Source of the DNA: Vibrio cholerae ATCC 14035
GTDB taxonomy: Bacteria > Pseudomonadota > Gammaproteobacteria > Enterobacterales > Vibrionaceae
Assembly (NCBI RefSeq): GCF_000621645.1
Contig: NZ_JHXR01000020.1
Location: 1 to 32,000, forward strand
DNA: 32,000 bases
Direction of reading: 5' to 3'
The notes under the pieces are model-generated. The model saw nothing but the letters and a program-made list of their open reading frames with translations. It searched no databases and was not told where the DNA came from. Within the stretch, counting starts at the first letter, position 1. Every line of letters begins with the position of its first letter. A program made the position numbers and the translations under genes. Positions 1 through 8,863 of the stretch are shown here, piece by piece.

Positions 1-350
<350 letters not shown>

Positions 351-664
351 GCTTGAGTAAGTGTCGCTATCGAGGTGCTTTATAGGCAGATATTGTCGGC
401 TAAGTCCGCTGCTCTTTTCATTGGTTTCATCGTTCTCATGACCGTATCAATCCCCCAATGTCTACGTGTTTTGCGCATTTCAATACTTTTAGTAGCCATA
501 CTGCATAGAATGATGTGATAGAAAAATGTTTCAAGAATAAAGAGATATAGAGTCAGAATTACGAAACATGTGTTGATTCATTATGTTATCGAAGGCAGAG
601 TGTTGGTTTTTCAAGCGCTTTAACCTTTAAATTGACGCATTATCAAACTGAAATAGGAAAGATT

Positions 665-3538
665 ATGTACTCATCTCATCAATGTAAAAGACTCTCAATA
701 ATGGCTATTTTGGGATGTTTACCCTTTTCAGTAAATGGCGCAGTGGAATCAATGCCTCTTATGGGAGGCGTGTATAACTCGGCGCATGTTTTTAAGCATC
801 AAATCACCAACTCGTTGAGTTATTCAACTCGATTAACACGCGATACTGCGCTGTTTACTATCGCTGGTCTCACTTTGGATAGTTATATCCTCACCTTACC
901 ATTGGACGTAAAAACGAAAGCGCGAGTCATAAAGCAAATATCCGATCCCAGCTATGCAATCCCGTTGGGATATTTTCTTTATCAGTATTATGACCGCTAC
1001 ACCGGCATGGCAACGGAAGATCAATTCAAAAATTACTTATCCACTGTGTATGATGAGCCAGCCTTAAAGGGGTTTGAACATAGTTTGTTTCAGCTTGGCA
1101 AACCTGTAGTGACAGAGCAAAGCCAACATAGTAAAGATCAAGCTCACCAGGAAGGAATTAAAGTCGACAGTGAATTTATTGCGACTATGGTGACCTTGTA
1201 TGACGCTCTAGTTCAGATTGGTGAGTGGCGTGATCTCAAACAACTGCCTTCCCAATACCAGTATTTGTCGGATACGCCTGCTGATAACGCCTTAGTCTCA
1301 AAAATTCAACCACTTGTCGTGGATATTCTGCGTCAAACGGCCAACGGCATGGATGAGGGGGAGATGAAACATGCACTTCTGTCGGTTCTAGAAGATGCGA
1401 AACCAGAAAACGCCAATAAAGTGAACAACAAAGCGCAAGCTATTACGGTTAGCCTAATTGATTTTGTGCGTTTGAATGTGCTGAAAGGATATCGACAATT
1501 TCTTTATCAGGAAGAGCGCACCGCGCGTTTAAAAGAGTGGTTAAACAAAACATTGGACAGTGACCCTGAGCAATTAGTCACTTTTTTAACTTCACAACAG
1601 CAGCGCCGTTTTGCGGTACAAGTGACAGTGGATGGTTTGCAGCAAGGCTTGATTGAAGGGCTTGTTCACCCAGAAAACCCCTTTATCAAACAAGTCTATG
1701 CAGAGCATCAACAAGCTGAAAAAAGCCAGCATTCAACGCTGATGGAGCCGCTAGAACATAAGCAACAAGTCCGTTTCCTCTCCACCTTGGCTGAGCAAAA
1801 TTATCAAGATCCTTACTATTTGCCCTTCTTCAAACAGCTTTATCAGCATTATCGTCAAACCATTGTGCAAGTCGGTATCTCTTCGACACCGACAATCAGT
1901 GTGCGTAATTTACCTATCATCAAAACTGGCGCTAAGGTTTCTGGGCTTGGTGGTACTGGTATTCCCAATTTCCACTTCGTTGATCGTCAAGCAGATCGCG
2001 CTTACTACTTTTTTGGCAACGATGCTTTGCAGCTCGATCGCTTGGTCAATGAACGAGGTGTGAAGACAATGTTCGATCGCCTAGATTACTTGAAAACACT
2101 CAACTGCAACGCTCAGTACGATTGGAATGCACATACTACCTACGATGGACTGGTGAATCTTGGTGCTGGCGAAGCTCTACGCGATTTCGGTGAAAAACGT
2201 TGTTTGCGAGAATTAAATGAAAGAGCGGAGGTGGAACGTCAACTTACCCCATTAAGAGCGAAATTAATTGAGCAGATCACCGCTTACCAAAATTCGTCGA
2301 AATGGATGGTATTAACGCGAGCGACATTAAAGCAGCGCCTTGAGCAACAACTGGCTGAATATGCTGAGCGGGACATCTTTGGCATGCCCGATTACACGCT
2401 GATTTATAATCCTTGGCCCGACCATTTTGCCCATTTCGCTGGACCGTTTAGCGATGAGGTGATCATGCCAACGGGAGAATTGAATCGCTTAGATTACTGG
2501 TTGAGAGAAACAGAAGCCGCATACAAAAAAGCTGGAGTTTATGAGCGTACTTTATGGGGAATGGCGGGCGATCACGGTTTAGCTCCCGTTTACGGCACCT
2601 TAAATCCAGAACGTAAAATTTTTGAGTCATTACAAAAAGATCTGGGGATTAAGATTGCGCTGGAGAAAATTTCCTCCGATGAAGGAGAGGGGCCGAAATT
2701 AACCAATGCTCTTAATGCGCCCAGTTATCAGAAGATTGATGTGGTGGTGGCCTCGACTGCCGGAGGTAACTTCATGCTCGATTTCTTTAATTCAGCGGCA
2801 GGGTGGGCAACACAACCTATTTATCAAGAATTGACCCAGTGGCAACCCAAAGAGAGTGACAAACCCCTTGATATTGTTAGTGAAAGCCTTGTTCGTTTAG
2901 GGGATAGCTTGGATTACTTAGTGGTTAGAGAGAAAACCTGTACTGTGGATGATTGTGCTGTGCGGGTGATCGGCATGCGTGAAGGTCAGCGCTTGGATGA
3001 GATCATACGCCTAGTGGGTAATAAGCGTTTTTACACGTCACAGCAAGGCCAACCTCAGCTATTACAGCTACAGCAACTGAATCCATATTTACCTAAGCCT
3101 CAAGCCAAGGCTCTCGAAGAGTTCGCGCAGTTGGTGGACAAATGTCTCTATCGTGCTGAAGAAGCGAACATAGCGACTTGGTGTGATGAGCAGGAATGGC
3201 GGCAGCTAACCCGCTTCACTCCTCGTCCTGACTCTGTGAATCAGCTTGCGGCACTTTATGAAGAAGATCGTGCCGGCACGATGAATCTCTTCCCTAAGCA
3301 GGGCGTCGGATACAACACCAAAGTGCCGGGACGACACGCTGGTGAAAGCTACTTAGAAAAAGATGCGTTTTTGGGATTCTGGGGTAAACCGATTGGGCCT
3401 AATGCGATGGCACTACAATCGGAACAAAATGGCTCTTTGGCTCCTACACTTTATGAGTATTTAACAGGAGAAAGTATTGAGGCTGGCCATGATGGCTGGG
3501 GTTACCCTTCATTACTCAATAAGTTAGATATTCAGTAA
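665..3538 (+). CDS. Exported alkaline-phosphatase-superfamily protein (type I phosphodiesterase / nucleotide pyrophosphatase-like core), ~957 aa, function unknown
   Basis: A long uninterrupted ORF. The track start at 632 is TTG. I prefer the ATG at 665, which is preceded by GGAAAG. The N-terminus MYSSHQCKRLSIMAILGCLPFSVNG/AVE looks like a Sec signal peptide. AP/NPP motif blocks occur in canonical order: VTVDG, SSTPTISVRNLPIIKTG, YNPWPDHFAHFAGP and GMAGDHGLAP. The flanking ~320 N-terminal and ~300 C-terminal residues are unrecognised. Confidence 0.65.
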   Translation: MYSSHQCKRLSIMAILGCLPFSVNGAVESMPLMGGVYNSAHVFKHQITNSLSYSTRLTRDTALFTIAGLTLDSYILTLPLDVKTKARVIKQISDPSYAIPLGYFLYQYYDRYTGMATEDQFKNYLSTVYDEPALKGFEHSLFQLGKPVVTEQSQHSKDQAHQEGIKVDSEFIATMVTLYDALVQIGEWRDLKQLPSQYQYLSDTPADNALVSKIQPLVVDILRQTANGMDEGEMKHALLSVLEDAKPENANKVNNKAQAITVSLIDFVRLNVLKGYRQFLYQEERTARLKEWLNKTLDSDPEQLVTFLTSQQQRRFAVQVTVDGLQQGLIEGLVHPENPFIKQVYAEHQQAEKSQHSTLMEPLEHKQQVRFLSTLAEQNYQDPYYLPFFKQLYQHYRQTIVQVGISSTPTISVRNLPIIKTGAKVSGLGGTGIPNFHFVDRQADRAYYFFGNDALQLDRLVNERGVKTMFDRLDYLKTLNCNAQYDWNAHTTYDGLVNLGAGEALRDFGEKRCLRELNERAEVERQLTPLRAKLIEQITAYQNSSKWMVLTRATLKQRLEQQLAEYAERDIFGMPDYTLIYNPWPDHFAHFAGPFSDEVIMPTGELNRLDYWLRETEAAYKKAGVYERTLWGMAGDHGLAPVYGTLNPERKIFESLQKDLGIKIALEKISSDEGEGPKLTNALNAPSYQKIDVVVASTAGGNFMLDFFNSAAGWATQPIYQELTQWQPKESDKPLDIVSESLVRLGDSLDYLVVREKTCTVDDCAVRVIGMREGQRLDEIIRLVGNKRFYTSQQGQPQLLQLQQLNPYLPKPQAKALEEFAQLVDKCLYRAEEANIATWCDEQEWRQLTRFTPRPDSVNQLAALYEEDRAGTMNLFPKQGVGYNTKVPGRHAGESYLEKDAFLGFWGKPIGPNAMALQSEQNGSLAPTLYEYLTGESIEAGHDGWGYPSLLNKLDIQ

Positions 3539-3866
3539 CGTCTCACTTTACGTCGATCTACAATGTCAAGTCGCTTGGGTACAGTGTTGTACTGTAGCAA
3601 GCGGCATGATTGACGTGCAGGAGCTCATGCTTGAGCGGTCATCAGAAAATGAGAACTTAATCGGTATTCTAGACGTTAAACTCGGGGCGTGTATTTCGCA
3701 CTTTTCCAGCGGTTTGGGGATTCACTCAAGCGTAGCAATGCGTCTGACAATACTTCATTGAGTTCAAGGTTGCCCCATCACAAAAATCACGATTTTCAAG
3801 GTTTCTTTCTGGTTTGAGATCTTCCCCAATAAGATCGCATTGATCTTGTTCATTGGTCGGTTTTCG

Positions 3867-3880
3867 TTGATCTAAATCAA
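3867..3880. promoter_or_regulatory. FNR box upstream of nrdD
   Basis: TTGATCTAAATCAA is a perfect match to the FNR consensus TTGAT-N4-ATCAA. If it is centred at -41.5, the transcription start site (TSS) falls near 3915 and a -10-like TTAAAT sits at 3903-3908. A degenerate second site, TTGATcttgTTCAT, lies at 3840-3853. In E. coli, nrdDG is FNR-activated. Confidence 0.6.
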
Positions 3881-3911
3881 TACTCTCACTTGATGCATTT
3901 CGTTAAATACG

Positions 3912-3958
3912 CCACAACATATAGTGTCAGTCGCAGAAAAATTAGCCCTATATAGTGT
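3912..3958. promoter_or_regulatory. Tandem NrdR boxes overlapping the predicted nrdD transcription start
   Basis: CCACAACATATAGTGT (3912-3927) matches about 14/16 positions of the NrdR box consensus acaCwAtATaTwGtgt. TAGCCCTATATAGTGT (3943-3958) matches about 11/16, with a perfect right half. The two boxes are offset by exactly 31 bp, the usual tandem spacing of about three helical turns. Confidence 0.6.
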
Positions 3959-4000
3959 ATTTGTGGATAACTCTGTGAGTATGCTGGGTAAGGAGAGAAG

Positions 4001-6121
4001 GTGAAACCTATCGTAATCAAACGTGATGGCTCAAAAGCGCCATTCAACAGGGATCGTATCCAAGCTGCTGTAGAAAGTGCTGCGGAACATGCCGATCAGG
4101 AAATCGCTATCTACGCACTCAATGTGGCATTAGCCGTTGAACTCAAGCTGCGTGATTACGATGAGGTACACATCACCGAGATTCAAACCTTAGTAGAGAA
4201 CGAGCTAATGCAAGGCCCGTACAAAGCATTAGCTCGTTCATACATTGAATATCGCCATGACCGCGATGTCGCGCGTGAGAAGCAGAGCAAGCTGACCAAA
4301 GAGATCGAAGGTCTGATCCAAGAAAGCAATGCGGATCTGCTCAATGAAAACGCCAATAAAGATGGCAAAGTGATCCCGACTCAGCGCGATTTGTTGGCGG
4401 GTATTGTCGCCAAGCATTATGCCAAAACGCGAATTTTACCACGTGATGTGGTGCAAGCTCATGAGTCGGGCGATATTCATTATCATGATCTGGATTACGC
4501 GCCTTTCTTCCCGATGTTTAACTGCATGTTGATTGACTTAAAAGGCATGCTGACTCATGGGTTTAAAATGGGTAATGCTGAAATTGACACGCCTAAGTCA
4601 ATTTCAACCGCAACGGCAGTTACCGCGCAAATTATTGCTCAAGTCGCGAGCCATATTTATGGTGGCACTACCATCAACCGGATTGATGAAGTACTGGCTC
4701 CTTATGTGACGGCAAGCTACGAAAAGCATTTAGAGATTGCCCGCGAATGGGATATTCACAACCCTGAAGCGTTTGCTAAGGCGCGCACGGAAAAAGAGTG
4801 CTATGACGCTTTCCAATCGTTGGAGTATGAAGTCAACACGCTGCATACCGCGAATGGGCAAACACCGTTTGTGACTTTTGGTTTTGGTCTGGGTACAAGC
4901 TGGGAATCGCGCTTGATCCAGCAATCGATCCTGAAAAATCGCATCGCAGGTTTGGGTAAAAACCGTAAAACGGCGGTATTCCCGAAACTGGTGTTTGCGA
5001 TTAAAGATGGGCTCAACCACAAAGCAGAAGATCCTAATTACGACATTAAGCAGATCGCGTTAGAGTGCGCTTCTAAACGCATGTACCCAGACATTCTCAA
5101 CTACGACAAAGTGGTTGAAGTGACGGGTTCATTCAAAACCCCGATGGGATGTCGCTCTTTCCTAAATCCTTATGAGGAAAATGGGGAGTTGATCCATGAA
5201 GGGCGTAATAATCTTGGCGTTGTCAGCTTGAACCTGCCACGCATTGCCTTGCAGGCGAAAGGCGATATAAACAAATTCTATGCTCTGTTGGATGACAAAC
5301 TGAAAATTGCTCGCCGCGCATTAGATACTCGGATTAACCGTTTAGAAAATGTGAAAGCACGTGTTGCACCAATCCTATATATGGAAGGTGCGTGTGGTGT
5401 GCGTTTGAAAGCAAATGATTCGATTGCGGATATTTTCAAACATGGCCGTGCTTCTATTTCATTGGGTTATATCGGTGTACATGAAACCATCATGGCGCTG
5501 TTTGGTCAGCAAAAGCATGTTTATGATGATGTGCAACTGCGCGAAGAAGCCGTGAAAATCATTCAACATCTGCGCAACGCGGTTGAACAGTGGAAAAAAG
5601 AGACTGGTTACGCGTTCAGCCTGTATGGCACACCGAGTGAAAACCTGTGCAGCCGATTCTGCCGAATTGATGCCAAGCAATTTGGCGTGGTGGAAGGGGT
5701 GACGGATAAAGGTTACTACACCAACAGCTTCCATTTGGATGTTCAGAAGAAGGTGAATCCGTACGATAAGATCGATTTTGAAATGCCATATCCGGAAATT
5801 TCAAGCGGTGGATTCATCTGCTACGGCGAATTCCCGAACATGCAACGTAACGTAGAAGCACTCGAAAACGTATGGGATTACAGTTATCACCGCGTGCCGT
5901 ATTACGGGACCAATACGCCAATCGATGAATGTTATGAGTGTGGTTTCACTGGCGAATTTGACTGTACCAGTAAAGGGTTTGTTTGCCCGCGATGTGGCAA
6001 TCATGAGCCGACCAAAGTCTCAGTGACGCGTCGAGTATGCGGTTATTTGGGCAGCCCAGATGCACGTCCATTTAACGTCGGTAAGCAAGAAGAAGTCAAA
6101 CGTCGGGTAAAACACCTGTAA
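4001..6121 (+). CDS. nrdD: Anaerobic (class III) ribonucleoside-triphosphate reductase
   Basis: GTG start preceded by AAGGAGAG. It has an N-terminal ATP-cone (IVIKRDGSKAPFNRDRI), a C-terminal Cys4 zinc ribbon (CYECGF...CPRCGN) and the glycyl-radical motif RRVCGYLG. It is collinear with E. coli NrdD. Confidence 0.97.
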   Translation: MKPIVIKRDGSKAPFNRDRIQAAVESAAEHADQEIAIYALNVALAVELKLRDYDEVHITEIQTLVENELMQGPYKALARSYIEYRHDRDVAREKQSKLTKEIEGLIQESNADLLNENANKDGKVIPTQRDLLAGIVAKHYAKTRILPRDVVQAHESGDIHYHDLDYAPFFPMFNCMLIDLKGMLTHGFKMGNAEIDTPKSISTATAVTAQIIAQVASHIYGGTTINRIDEVLAPYVTASYEKHLEIAREWDIHNPEAFAKARTEKECYDAFQSLEYEVNTLHTANGQTPFVTFGFGLGTSWESRLIQQSILKNRIAGLGKNRKTAVFPKLVFAIKDGLNHKAEDPNYDIKQIALECASKRMYPDILNYDKVVEVTGSFKTPMGCRSFLNPYEENGELIHEGRNNLGVVSLNLPRIALQAKGDINKFYALLDDKLKIARRALDTRINRLENVKARVAPILYMEGACGVRLKANDSIADIFKHGRASISLGYIGVHETIMALFGQQKHVYDDVQLREEAVKIIQHLRNAVEQWKKETGYAFSLYGTPSENLCSRFCRIDAKQFGVVEGVTDKGYYTNSFHLDVQKKVNPYDKIDFEMPYPEISSGGFICYGEFPNMQRNVEALENVWDYSYHRVPYYGTNTPIDECYECGFTGEFDCTSKGFVCPRCGNHEPTKVSVTRRVCGYLGSPDARPFNVGKQEEVKRRVKHL

Positions 6122-6125
6122 CAGT

Positions 6126-6593
6126 ATGAATTACCATCAATATTATCCGATTGATGTGGTTAACGGGCCGGGGACACGCTGCACGCTGTTTGTCTCCGGC
6201 TGCGTTCATCAATGTAAAGGATGTTATAACCAAAGCACGTGGTCGCTGTCGTCTGGACATCGCTATACCCAAGAGATGGAAGATAAAATCATTGCGGACT
6301 TGAAAGACACACGTATCAAACGCCGTGGATTATCGCTCTCGGGTGGCGATCCGATGCATCCTGCCAATTTATCAGCGGTGTTACAGCTTGTTCAGCGGGT
6401 AAAAACCGAGTGCCCAGATAAAGATATTTGGCTCTGGACGGGATATACCTTGGCGGAATTGGATGATAACCAACAAGCTTTACTGCCATACATTGATGTG
6501 TTGGTGGATGGCAAATTTATCCAAGAGCAGGCTGATCCTGGGCTAGAGTGGCGGGGCAGTGCGAATCAAGTGATTCATCGCTTTACCTTGTAA
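6126..6593 (+). CDS. nrdG: Anaerobic ribonucleotide reductase activating protein (radical SAM)
   Basis: It starts 4 nt after the nrdD stop. It carries the radical-SAM cluster motif CVHQCKGCYN and the VVNGPGTRCTLFVSGC N-terminus typical of NrdG. Confidence 0.95.
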   Translation: MNYHQYYPIDVVNGPGTRCTLFVSGCVHQCKGCYNQSTWSLSSGHRYTQEMEDKIIADLKDTRIKRRGLSLSGGDPMHPANLSAVLQLVQRVKTECPDKDIWLWTGYTLAELDDNQQALLPYIDVLVDGKFIQEQADPGLEWRGSANQVIHRFTL

Positions 6594-6714
6594 GTCCTTG
6601 TTCTCAGCGCTCTAGTGTTTAAGGGGCGACTGAGAACAAAAAATCCCTTTCGGTTTTCTCTTATCTGGTTTACTTTGTGAGTTGTTACCTGAATTTCAAA
6701 GGGTTGTGACTTTC

Positions 6715-7896
6715 ATGTTTACTCATTTACCAGCACCAGTTTTAGATCCAATACTTTCTCTCTCCGTCGCCTTTCGCAATGATCCTCGTCCACAAAAAGT
6801 GGATCTTGGAATCGGCGTTTATAAAAACAGTCTTGGCGAAACACCAATTATGCGTGCCGTTGCGCTGGCGCAAGATAAAGTGGTGGCAAGCCAAAAAACC
6901 AAATCTTATGTCGGCCTTGCCGGTTGTGAAGAGTTCAACCAGAGCATGATGCAGCTCGTATTAGGTTCAACCTTGGATACGGAGCGCACGATTGCAATCC
7001 AGACTCCGGGAGCCAGCGGTGCGCTGCGTATGCTGGGGGATTTAATGCGCGTGGCACAACCGGATACTACCGTGTGGATCACTGATCCTAGTTATGTCAA
7101 CCACAAGCCCGTGATGGAAGCGGCTGGTCTGAAAGTACGTTACTACCGTTATTTCAGCCGTGAAACCAAAATGGTGGATACCGAACAAATGTTGGCCGAT
7201 CTGGCACAAGCGGGAACGAAAGATGTGGTGTTACTGCATGGTTGTTGTCATAACCCGACAGGTGCCGATATCGATTTTTCTGCGTGGCAAGCGATCACTG
7301 AGTTGGCGCAGAAAAACGGCTTTATCCCTTTTGTCGACATCGCCTATCAAGGTTTTGGTGACGGCTTAGAACAAGATGCACAAGGTTTGCGTTACATGGC
7401 TGAGCGCATGGAAGAGATGTTGATCACGACATCCTGCTCTAAGAATTTCGGCTTGTACCGTGAGCGTACGGGAGCGGCTATTGTGATTGGGAAAAATCAG
7501 CAAGAGGTGACCAATGCACGCGGCAAAATGCTGACCTTAGCGCGTTCCACTTACACTATGCCGCCCGATCACGGTGCTGCTCTCGTCAAAACAGTGTTAA
7601 GAGATGAGCAGCTCACGGCAATTTGGAAACAAGAGTTGAGTGAAATGCAGCAACGTTTGTTAACTCTGCGCAAAAATTTGTGTAATGAGTTGAGAAATCA
7701 ACACAATACGCGACAATTCGACTTCATTGAGAGCCATAGAGGCATGTTTACTGTACTAGGATTCAGTGCAGAGCAGATGGGAAGGCTGCGTGAAGAGTTT
7801 GCGATTTATGGTGTCGCAGATGGCAGAATTAATATCGCAGGGCTGACCGAAAAAGACATTCCTTATGTGGCCAATGCTATTATTCATGTGTCGTAA
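6715..7896 (+). CDS. tyrB: Class Ia aspartate/aromatic-amino-acid aminotransferase (AspC/TyrB family)
   Basis: Motifs present: the PLP-lysine motif SCSKNFGLYRERTG, CCHNPTG, IAYQGFG, and the N-terminus MF...DPILSL, as in E. coli AspC/TyrB. The preferred start is the ATG at 6715; the track start at 6682 is a TTG extension. Aromatic versus aspartate specificity cannot be decided from sequence by eye. Confidence 0.85.
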   Translation: MFTHLPAPVLDPILSLSVAFRNDPRPQKVDLGIGVYKNSLGETPIMRAVALAQDKVVASQKTKSYVGLAGCEEFNQSMMQLVLGSTLDTERTIAIQTPGASGALRMLGDLMRVAQPDTTVWITDPSYVNHKPVMEAAGLKVRYYRYFSRETKMVDTEQMLADLAQAGTKDVVLLHGCCHNPTGADIDFSAWQAITELAQKNGFIPFVDIAYQGFGDGLEQDAQGLRYMAERMEEMLITTSCSKNFGLYRERTGAAIVIGKNQQEVTNARGKMLTLARSTYTMPPDHGAALVKTVLRDEQLTAIWKQELSEMQQRLLTLRKNLCNELRNQHNTRQFDFIESHRGMFTVLGFSAEQMGRLREEFAIYGVADGRINIAGLTEKDIPYVANAIIHVS

Positions 7897-7953
7897 ATGA
7901 AGATGACAGCAATATGCCCAATCAGGAAGGGTGGTATTTGATTAGGTGAAAGT

Positions 7954-8637
7954 ATGAGTCAACCACTGAAGTTGTTAGTACCATTAATGTTAAGTAGTGG
8001 ATTGGTGGCTTGCGCTACCAATCCGGTGCCATCTACACCGGCACAAGTGCCTGAGGTGGTGGAGACGCAAGCTCAGCCTGTGGCAACCGTGCCTGAAGAG
8101 ATCGTCGATCCTAATGCTCCTCTGGTCGAGACTTTACCCTTGCTTGAGCCTGCACACTCGTTTGAAGAGAAAGATGATTTTTCGACAGCGACAAAAACTT
8201 CTGATGGCAAGATAGTATTGGGCGATAAAGAGTGGGTTTATCTGCCGGGTTTGAAAGAGAGTTTCAAAGCACGAATTGATACTGGGGCGACCACCTCATC
8301 GATCAGTGCGGTAGATATCGTGCCTTTTGAACGCGGCGGACAGGATTGGGTGAAATTTCGTATTGAGCACGACAACATTCGCAGTGAGGAGTTAAGTTTA
8401 CCCGTCGAACGTTGGGTGAGAATTCGTCAATCGAGTGCCGAGGAAGCGCAGCGTAGAGCCGTTGTGGTTGCATGGATCCAAATTGGTGATTTGAAAGAGC
8501 AAACGGAGTTTACTTTGACCGATCGCACGCACTTAACTTATCCACTGCTACTGGGGCGCAGCTTCTTTAAAGATGTCGCGGTGGTGGATGTCTCTCGCCA
8601 CTATATTCAACCCAAACATCCAAGCCCTAAAAAATAG
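7954..8637 (+). CDS. Lipoprotein with a C-terminal retropepsin-like aspartic-protease domain (family historically annotated 'ATP-dependent zinc protease', PF05618-like)
   Basis: The signal peptide plus lipobox is MSQPLKLLVPLMLSSGLVA|C (Cys codon 8011-8013). A Pro/Val/Glu-rich linker follows. The domain carries KARIDTGATTSSISA (D-T-G at 8278-8286) and the family-typical YPLLLGRSFF near the C-terminus. Confidence 0.65.
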   Translation: MSQPLKLLVPLMLSSGLVACATNPVPSTPAQVPEVVETQAQPVATVPEEIVDPNAPLVETLPLLEPAHSFEEKDDFSTATKTSDGKIVLGDKEWVYLPGLKESFKARIDTGATTSSISAVDIVPFERGGQDWVKFRIEHDNIRSEELSLPVERWVRIRQSSAEEAQRRAVVVAWIQIGDLKEQTEFTLTDRTHLTYPLLLGRSFFKDVAVVDVSRHYIQPKHPSPKK

Positions 8638-8781
8638 TCCGAATCTTCTCGCCTAACTTGAGGGCAGTGAAAGTGTTGACTATGTTCCGCTCACCATGCA
8701 CATAGGGAATCTAGGTTCATGGGAAAGCACTTTTAGGTTCGCCATTCTAAGTTATTGATGGATAAAAAGTTCTTTCGATAT

Positions 8782-8811
8782 AAAAAGCCAGCGGAATTCC
8801 ACTGGCTTTTT
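8782..8811. terminator. Bidirectional intrinsic terminator between the lipoprotein gene and fruA
   Basis: AAAAAGCCAGCGGAATTCCACTGGCTTTTT forms a GC-containing stem (one C/A mismatch) with an AATT loop. It is flanked by an A-run on one side and a T-run on the other, and sits between convergent genes. Confidence 0.75.
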
Positions 8812-8863
8812 CATTTCACTGAGCATTTATGTCACTAAGTACGCCTTTCACCGCGCACTCAGA

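Noticed and set aside
380-499. 39-codon minus-strand ORF (MATKSIEMRKTRRHWGIDTV...) between the IS end and the large gene
   Set aside because: It has no SD upstream and I recognise no homology. It could be a remnant of a gene disrupted by the IS, but there is no positive evidence.
572-590. Fur-box-like AT-rich sequence GTTGATTCATTATGTTATC upstream of the AP-like gene. I also looked for a Pho box.
   Set aside because: It matches only about 10/19 positions of the Fur consensus by hand alignment. No CTGTCAT-type Pho box repeats are present.
632-664. TTG-initiated 11-codon extension of the AP-like ORF. Similar non-ATG or upstream extensions occur at 6682-6714 (aminotransferase) and 24845-24916 (COG0523).
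   Set aside because: In each case a downstream ATG has a better-placed SD and matches the conserved N-terminus of the family (a signal peptide, MF..DPIL, and MINRVP..GFLGVGKTT respectively).
3606-3761. 51-codon plus-strand ORF (MIDVQELMLERSSENENLIG...) in the unexplained stretch upstream of the nrdD control region. A 29-codon minus-strand ORF also lies at 3764-3853.
   Set aside because: Neither has an SD, a recognisable motif or a convincing promoter, so I cannot distinguish them from chance. They are worth a look only if expression data show a transcript here.
8676-8811. Possible 3'-UTR-derived or independent ~100-nt sRNA between a TTGACT hexamer (8676-8681) and the 8782-8811 terminator
   Set aside because: The only -10 candidates at proper spacing (CACATA/ACATAG) are poor. 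The terminator is fully explained as the shared terminator of the two convergent genes.
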